Source: Candidatus Iainarchaeum sp. (GTDB lineage: Archaea > Iainarchaeota > Iainarchaeia > Iainarchaeales > 0-14-0-20-30-16). Taken from it: a stretch of 30,833 nt of DNA. The position numbers and the translations under genes were made by a program. Where the stretch lies: assembly GCA_028710695.1 (NCBI GenBank), contig JAQTTP010000008.1, positions 1 to 30,833 of the forward strand, in the 5' to 3' direction. Below the pieces are notes generated by a model, which saw only the letters and a list, made by a program, of their open reading frames with translations, was not told the origin of the DNA and ran no database searches. Each line of letters begins with the position of its first letter. The first letter of the stretch is position 1. Of the stretch, positions 25,756 to 30,833 are shown piece after piece.

Positions 25756-26412
25756 GTGAAAGGTATGAATTGTATGAAAGGAAGTATTTATTTTCTGATT
25801 AGTGTCTTTATCTTATCCTCTTTATCCCTTAGTATTTCCTGCCTTGCTCTTGCGGGCGGGTACGATTTAAATGCAATAAAAGGCCAAGAATATTACTTTG
25901 ATTTTACAGTATACAATAATGATGCGGATTCAGCAACTGTTTGTGATCCTGGAATGTATTCTATGTCTTTAAGTGTTGTGGATGGAGATATTGACGACTT
26001 ATTTGACTATAAAATTTCTGAAAATGATTTGGTTTTAAATGACACAGACACAAAAAAGGTAATGGTTTCTATTACCCCCCTTGTAGACTCCGGACAGTAT
26101 GAAATTTTAGTGACTGTTAAAAGGGCTGATGTTGGTTTGGGGCAGGGTGGAACAAAAATATTTAACTCTACTGTGGGCAAGATAAAGGTAAATTTAGGCG
26201 GAGAAACAAAGAAAACATCATATGATGAGGTTCCTGAATGGTATGCCTATGAACAACAGCAAGAAGATCTAAATGCGGATCAAAATGCCCCTTTAGCAAA
26301 TAATCCTGAAAACAATAGCTCAAGTGATGGTAATACTTTGTTATATGTATTAGTAATAATTATGGCGGCAGTAATACTGTTTATGGCATTTATTTTGTAC
26401 AAAAGACGGTAA
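25756..26412 (+). CDS. surface protein C: signal peptide, single beta-sandwich-like ectodomain, acidic/Gln linker, C-terminal TM anchor
   Basis: Candidate starts are GTG 25756, ATG 25765 and ATG 25774. Ectodomain YYFDFTVYNND...VMVSITPLVDSGQYEILVTVK (CARDB/NEW3-like pattern). C-terminus LLYVLVIIMAAVILFMAFILYKRR. Confidence 0.7.
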   Translation: MKGMNCMKGSIYFLISVFILSSLSLSISCLALAGGYDLNAIKGQEYYFDFTVYNNDADSATVCDPGMYSMSLSVVDGDIDDLFDYKISENDLVLNDTDTKKVMVSITPLVDSGQYEILVTVKRADVGLGQGGTKIFNSTVGKIKVNLGGETKKTSYDEVPEWYAYEQQQEDLNADQNAPLANNPENNSSSDGNTLLYVLVIIMAAVILFMAFILYKRR

Positions 26413-26444
26413 CCTTTATTAATCACAAAAAAACAATTGTATAA

Positions 26445-27722
26445 ATGTCTAGAAATTGTTTATTTTTTATAGTAGTTTTATTTTTAACATTAGTGATTTC
26501 TCCTTTTGTGTATTCAGAACTTGTAACAGTAACTGCACAAGTTGTAAGTTCAAACGCAGAACCATCAGTGCCTTTGCTTATTGATGAAGGAGATAAAACA
26601 AGCTATGGGACAGTTACATTAGATTGGCTGGAATCTACTGATGACGAGAATGACTCAATTTTATATTTCTTAAGGGCCGGAACTACTTCTGGAGGAAACA
26701 GTACTTTGGATGTAAATACTCCAGATATAAACTATTCCTTTTCCTTAGCCACGAATGGAACTTATTATTGGTCTGTGAAGGCCTGTGATAATAATGATTC
26801 TACTTGGGGACATTGTAGTGACTGGAGTATAGAAGACACGTTTGTTATGAATTATACTGCCCCTGTTGATGATGAAGATCTTGGCGGCGGAGGGGGCTCA
26901 ACAACAAAAACAGAGCCAATTGACACCAACGAGCTAGAAGTAAATAGCTGTGAGATTTGTAGCAAGGGACAAAAATGTGATGGAAAATATATTTATTCTG
27001 ATGGCTTAGTGTGCTGTTTTAATGGTTGTAGTGTGAGTTCCCAAATCACTAATGAACCAATAGGCGAAAACTATGATGAAGTTATAATTGATAACTTTGT
27101 CCTTGATATGAAACAGGTTTATAATAAAGAAGACATGACCTTTGAAGATAATGAGATTGGGCTGAGGGATTATGTTCTAGATACAAATAAAATAAAAATA
27201 ACTTTGAAGGTAAAAACAACAAAGCTTCTTTCAAACTTTAAATTTGAGGGATATAGAATCCATTTTGATTACTACCTTAGCTCGCCAGATGAAACTATAG
27301 AAAAACCATTTATTCTTTTAGAATATGATCCTGCACTTATTTCTAACGCAAAATTAATACAAAGCGAGCAGGATTTCTTTGTTGTAAATGATTCCACAGT
27401 AATTGGAATAATACCAGAAAAATTAACTAGTCAGGACTATTTATTTTCTTTTTATGTTGATTTGAAAGAAAAGCCAAATGATAATTTGTGGACAAATTTG
27501 AAGAAGCCACTAGTTTACATAAAGAACAAGGATCTTTGTGCAAGTGTAAAGTGTGATGATTTTGATGCCTGTACAAAAGATATTTGTGAAGAGGGGAAAT
27601 GTGTTCACATAAACACTTGTGAGCAAAAGAAACCATCTGCAAGCAGCTATGTTTTATATTATATAATTGGTGCTCTGCTTTTAATGATCTTGGTGGCAGT
27701 CTACCTATTGAAGAAACATTAA
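26445..27722 (+). CDS. surface protein D: signal peptide, FN3-like domain, Gly5 linker, Cys-rich modules, C-terminal TM anchor
   Basis: The signal ends ..FVYS|ELVTVTAQV. FN3-like TVTLDWLES..YYWSVKACDN..CSDWS. A GGGGGS linker. Cys-rich segments CEICSKGQKCDG..CCFNGC and CASVKCDDFDACTKDICEEGKCVHINTC. C-terminus YVLYYIIGALLLMILVAVYLLKKH. Confidence 0.7.
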   Translation: MSRNCLFFIVVLFLTLVISPFVYSELVTVTAQVVSSNAEPSVPLLIDEGDKTSYGTVTLDWLESTDDENDSILYFLRAGTTSGGNSTLDVNTPDINYSFSLATNGTYYWSVKACDNNDSTWGHCSDWSIEDTFVMNYTAPVDDEDLGGGGGSTTKTEPIDTNELEVNSCEICSKGQKCDGKYIYSDGLVCCFNGCSVSSQITNEPIGENYDEVIIDNFVLDMKQVYNKEDMTFEDNEIGLRDYVLDTNKIKITLKVKTTKLLSNFKFEGYRIHFDYYLSSPDETIEKPFILLEYDPALISNAKLIQSEQDFFVVNDSTVIGIIPEKLTSQDYLFSFYVDLKEKPNDNLWTNLKKPLVYIKNKDLCASVKCDDFDACTKDICEEGKCVHINTCEQKKPSASSYVLYYIIGALLLMILVAVYLLKKH

Positions 27723-27759
27723 TAGCAAATAGGCCGATTGTCCTGGGCATCTTTGTTTG

Positions 27760-27790
27760 CCTGACTAAAGCTGTCTTTGTCCTACTTGCT
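27760..27790 (+). repeat. intergenic element copy B (CCTGACT-N14-CCTACTTGCT)
   Basis: Third same-orientation copy. It lies inside a 69-nt intergenic region closed by an 11-bp stem with one mismatch: TAGCAAATAGG (27723-27733) and CCTACTTGCTA (27781-27791). Confidence 0.6.
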
Positions 27791-27791
27791 A

Positions 27792-28433
27792 TTAGAAAGA
27801 AACTTCTAAGAAATAGTGCTCTTTTTCAAAAGGTTCTAGGTCTATGGTCTTTAAGATCTTTAGGCCTGCCTTTCTAATCTTTTCTGATTCTTTTACAAGA
27901 ACTTGCTTTGGGCTCTTTGAAGAATCTATACTTCTCGTCTTCAAGCTTATTGCTGCTTGTCCACCCTTATTTAAGAACTTTTTTACTAGCTCTATAAATA
28001 CATCTGTTTGATCTTTCTGGGATACATCCTGAAATACAAAATCAAATTTATCTTTATTTAATTCTTTATTTTCAGGCAATATTCTGAAATCAGAAAGAAT
28101 TGGAATTACGTTTTTCTTTATCTTTAAAAGGTTAAGTAGGCCAATCATGCTTTCCATAGAAACATCATTAGCAATTATATCTCCTTTTGTGGCTATATCT
28201 GCAATGTGGCTTAGAGTAGTGCCTGTAGAGCAACCCACGTACAAAACAGTAGAATTATCTTTTAGTTTAAGGCTAAATCCTTTTCTCATTGCGGCAGCAA
28301 TTTTTGAGTTGTTTGGGCTCCATTCTCTTAAATATAAGCCCCCCTCTTTAATCACTTTTTCCCCATAATGGTTGTAATTGTCCTTTGTTTCTGTGTAAGT
28401 TCTGTTTTTTATTGTTTGTATCATAAGGATCAC
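27792..28433 (-). CDS. flpA: fibrillarin-like rRNA/tRNA 2'-O-methyltransferase
   Basis: REWSPNNSKIAAAM, SAM motif VLYVGCSTGTTLSHIADI, NVIPILSDFR, DFVFQDVSQKDQ and LEPFEKEHYFL are colinear with archaeal fibrillarins. Confidence 0.85.
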   Translation of the reverse strand: MILMIQTIKNRTYTETKDNYNHYGEKVIKEGGLYLREWSPNNSKIAAAMRKGFSLKLKDNSTVLYVGCSTGTTLSHIADIATKGDIIANDVSMESMIGLLNLLKIKKNVIPILSDFRILPENKELNKDKFDFVFQDVSQKDQTDVFIELVKKFLNKGGQAAISLKTRSIDSSKSPKQVLVKESEKIRKAGLKILKTIDLEPFEKEHYFLEVSF

Positions 28434-29161
28434 TGGGTTTTTTTAATCTCTAATTTCTTTTTTTCTATATCTTTAAGCAGCCCTTCGCTTATCTTGTTTT
28501 TTGTGTACATATCCGCTCTAACTGCAAGTTCTATTCTTCCTGCAAAGTATCTTGAAAGCTTGCCTTTTTGTTTGTTGTTTAGTCCTTGCATTATTGGGTG
28601 TAGATATAAGAACCCATATTTTGGACATTTCTTGCCAAATTTTAAGTGTTTAAATAATGCGCTTTCTGCACCAATAAGCTGAAGTGAGGATGAAGGCATC
28701 TTTGAAAGCCTTTCAAGTGAACCAACTTGAGAAATGAACTTTGTGGCGAGTATTGGGCCTAGCAAAGTGCTTAGGTTGGGGTATGCTACTTTTGCGCTCT
28801 TTTCTATTATCTTTTTTAGTTTATTGGAATTTTTCTCAAAATCTAGGAATAGATTACATAATGATTTAATTGCTTCAATTGCATCGTTACCTATTGATCC
28901 AGACATTATAGAATCTTTTTTGCTTGACTCTAACTCTAAGATTGTTTTAATATATTTAGAATTATCCTTGCTACAAGAAGCATAAAGCTCAGGGTACTCT
29001 AAACTATGCCATTTGTATACATAATCAAAGATAGAATTTGATTGTGTTGTAAGGTAGTTAACTACTTCTAAAGCTTTTACCGCATTAATGATCTCTTTGT
29101 TTTTTGACAAGTAACTGTTTAAATCCTTTACAAATTGCTTCTGTAAGTTGTCTTTATTCAT
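28430..29161 (-). CDS. nop5: Nop5 (Nop56/58-family) C/D-box RNP protein, short form lacking the usual N-terminal domain
   Basis: NOSIC-like YVYKWHSLEYPEL. Nop domain LLGPILATKFISQVGSLERLSKMPSSSLQLIGAESALFKHLK..KCPKYGFLYLHP. KKE-like tail. Only 243 aa. Overlaps fibrillarin by 4 nt. Confidence 0.8.
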   Translation of the reverse strand: MNKDNLQKQFVKDLNSYLSKNKEIINAVKALEVVNYLTTQSNSIFDYVYKWHSLEYPELYASCSKDNSKYIKTILELESSKKDSIMSGSIGNDAIEAIKSLCNLFLDFEKNSNKLKKIIEKSAKVAYPNLSTLLGPILATKFISQVGSLERLSKMPSSSLQLIGAESALFKHLKFGKKCPKYGFLYLHPIMQGLNNKQKGKLSRYFAGRIELAVRADMYTKNKISEGLLKDIEKKKLEIKKTQ

Positions 29162-30833
29162 CTTTACTGCCTCGTGAAATTTTGTTATCTAAATATTCTT
29201 TATACAAATCATTTAAAATATTGCTTTCTTTGTTCTGAAGGATATTATATACCTCTTTTATGATCTGGTTTGAAGCCAATATGCTTGGTATTACTACAAA
29301 TTTTGCTCCTAAACTATAATACTCTGAGGCGTCTTTTAGGAAGTGAGCCCTTACTAATAGTTTCACTTTTTTAGGGTCAATATGCTTCAATATTTCTTTA
29401 TTTATTTCAATATTTGGGATTGTTGTAATTATCAGTCTTGCTTTATCCAAATCAAGGCTTTTTAATATCTCTTTATTGTCTGCGTGTCCACAGATTGCGT
29501 AAACTCCAAGCTTTATGTATTGTAATACTGGCTCTGGGTCACTATCTACTATTACAAGTTTGTCTTTTTCTATTGCTCTGCTTGCCAATAGAGCATCTGC
29601 AATATTTGTTCCCATTCTGCCTGTGCCAAAGATTACTATGTGGTCTTTGAATTCTATCTTTTTTTCTTGGTCTATAGTAGTTGATTTAATTCTAAATGTT
29701 TTTCTGATTGCTTTGGAAATTTTGTCTATAAATAAAATTTTGTTTGATGCTTCATAAATCTGTTTGTTGTAGTTAATAACATAAGGTGTTAGAATCATAG
29801 TCAAAGCAATAAAGAGTATTAAGGTATTACTAATTGATGTATTGAATATTCCTTGTACTGTTGCAACCTGAACTAAAACTAAGCCAAAAATGTTTTGTTG
29901 GAATAAAGAAGTACTTACAAAAAATGATGTGTCTGTATCATACTTAAAAAACAATGATGCAAGATATGTTGAAATCGGTTTTATAAGTAAAGTCACAATT
30001 AGAAGAATTACTATAAGTAACCAATTTATGTTTCCTAAGCCGGTTATTTGCATTCCAAGTAAGATAAAAAAGAACATGCTGAAAAAGAATCTTATCTCCT
30101 TTATTCTATCCATAATTTCTAGTTGGTATGGGTAGTTTGCTAAAATTAATCCTCCAATGAATGCAGCAATTATCATTGAAAAATTTAGTATTGTGGATAG
30201 AAGAATAAACCCAAAGCAAGATGCCAGAATTACTAAAAATAATAGGTCTTCGTTTGCAGCAGATTTTTTTATCATTGTTTTGAACACTAGGAAGTTAACT
30301 AATAAAGCTACTGCAATTATTATTGCGAGTTTATAGACAAGTTCGTAGATTATTACAAAAGAAAATTGGCCTGTGCCTGTTGTGAGAATTGGAAGGAAAA
30401 TAATTATTATTGCATCTTGTAGCAATAGGATTCCAAGAAGAATTCTACCCTTGAGACTAGAAGTCATTCTTAGATCTGACAAGCATTTCATTATAAGTTC
30501 AGTACTGCTGATACATAGAATAGTTCCAATTATTAGTGACGGAAGTAGATCTAAGCCAATGGCTTTCGAGAGCAAGAAAGCACCCAAAAAGCTTATTGCT
30601 ACTTGGATAAGCCCAATAATTATAATATTAGATTTGATTGCTTTTAACTTTTTGAAATCCAGTTCTGCACCAACGGTGTAAATTAACAGAGCAATACCAA
30701 TTTCTGACATTGCAATGATTGTAGAATGATTTGTAATAACATTAAAAACTGCGGGCCCTAATAAAAATCCAACCAAAACAAAAGCAAGGATCATAGGCTG
30801 TTTTATTTTATAGGACAGATATGCAAGCGATGC
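29154..30833 (-). CDS. Kef/CPA2-type cation:proton antiporter with a C-terminal TrkA-N (RCK) domain, 5'-truncated by the window edge
   Basis: About 12 TM segments, then Rossmann HIVIFGTGRMGTNIADAL and VIVDSDPE. The frame stays open upstream of the tracked ATG 30794 to nt 30833 (..ASLAYLSYKIKQP-MILAFVLVGFLLGP), matching the typical Kef N-terminal region. Confidence 0.8.
   Translation of the reverse strand, partial: ASLAYLSYKIKQPMILAFVLVGFLLGPAVFNVITNHSTIIAMSEIGIALLIYTVGAELDFKKLKAIKSNIIIIGLIQVAISFLGAFLLSKAIGLDLLPSLIIGTILCISSTELIMKCLSDLRMTSSLKGRILLGILLLQDAIIIIFLPILTTGTGQFSFVIIYELVYKLAIIIAVALLVNFLVFKTMIKKSAANEDLLFLVILASCFGFILLSTILNFSMIIAAFIGGLILANYPYQLEIMDRIKEIRFFFSMFFFILLGMQITGLGNINWLLIVILLIVTLLIKPISTYLASLFFKYDTDTSFFVSTSLFQQNIFGLVLVQVATVQGIFNTSISNTLILFIALTMILTPYVINYNKQIYEASNKILFIDKISKAIRKTFRIKSTTIDQEKKIEFKDHIVIFGTGRMGTNIADALLASRAIEKDKLVIVDSDPEPVLQYIKLGVYAICGHADNKEILKSLDLDKARLIITTIPNIEINKEILKHIDPKKVKLLVRAHFLKDASEYYSLGAKFVVIPSILASNQIIKEVYNILQNKESNILNDLYKEYLDNKISRGSKDE

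Noticed and set aside
1-30833. Mobile element, prophage, CRISPR-Cas or known multi-gene defence island
   Set aside because: No transposase, integrase, cas, restriction-modification or capsid-like motifs were seen in any ORF, and there are no long terminal repeats. The only defence-like item is the RelE pair.

Overview
AT-rich, very tightly packed segment with many 1-8 nt gene overlaps. I assign it to an archaeon because of a fibrillarin + Nop5 pair, an AsnRS, and a mix of SD-led (GGAGGT/GGGGTG) and apparently leaderless starts. The many Cys-rich or N-x-S/T-rich secreted proteins and the scavenging transporters suggest a DPANN-like episymbiont MAG; that is inference only. Left to right: the 3' end of an unknown gene; tRNA-Leu(UAG) bracketed by hairpins; a membrane-anchored cyclophilin; a polytopic membrane protein; a coiled-coil protein with a histone-H1-like poly-Lys tail. 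Next comes a 13-kb fragmented branched-chain-amino-acid-type ABC importer locus (livH, livM, livG, livF and four binding-protein paralogs). It is interrupted by a lipoprotein, an Endo-IV-like TIM barrel, a tandem-duplicated Lrp regulator, a RelE-type toxin-antitoxin pair, a PHP phosphoesterase and an embedded methyltransferase + GNAT pair. After that: a secreted esterase with five Cys-rich modules, a transglutaminase-like lipoprotein and asnS. Then a co-directional operon of a YdjM-like membrane hydrolase plus four modular surface proteins, which is my best candidate for an undescribed surface fibre/adhesion system. The window ends with an overlapping kef-nop5-fibrillarin operon running off the right edge. 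I saw no rRNA, CRISPR array, cas, transposase or integrase. A ~31-nt intergenic element occurs three times in the same orientation. All calls come from reading motifs by eye; no database search was possible.
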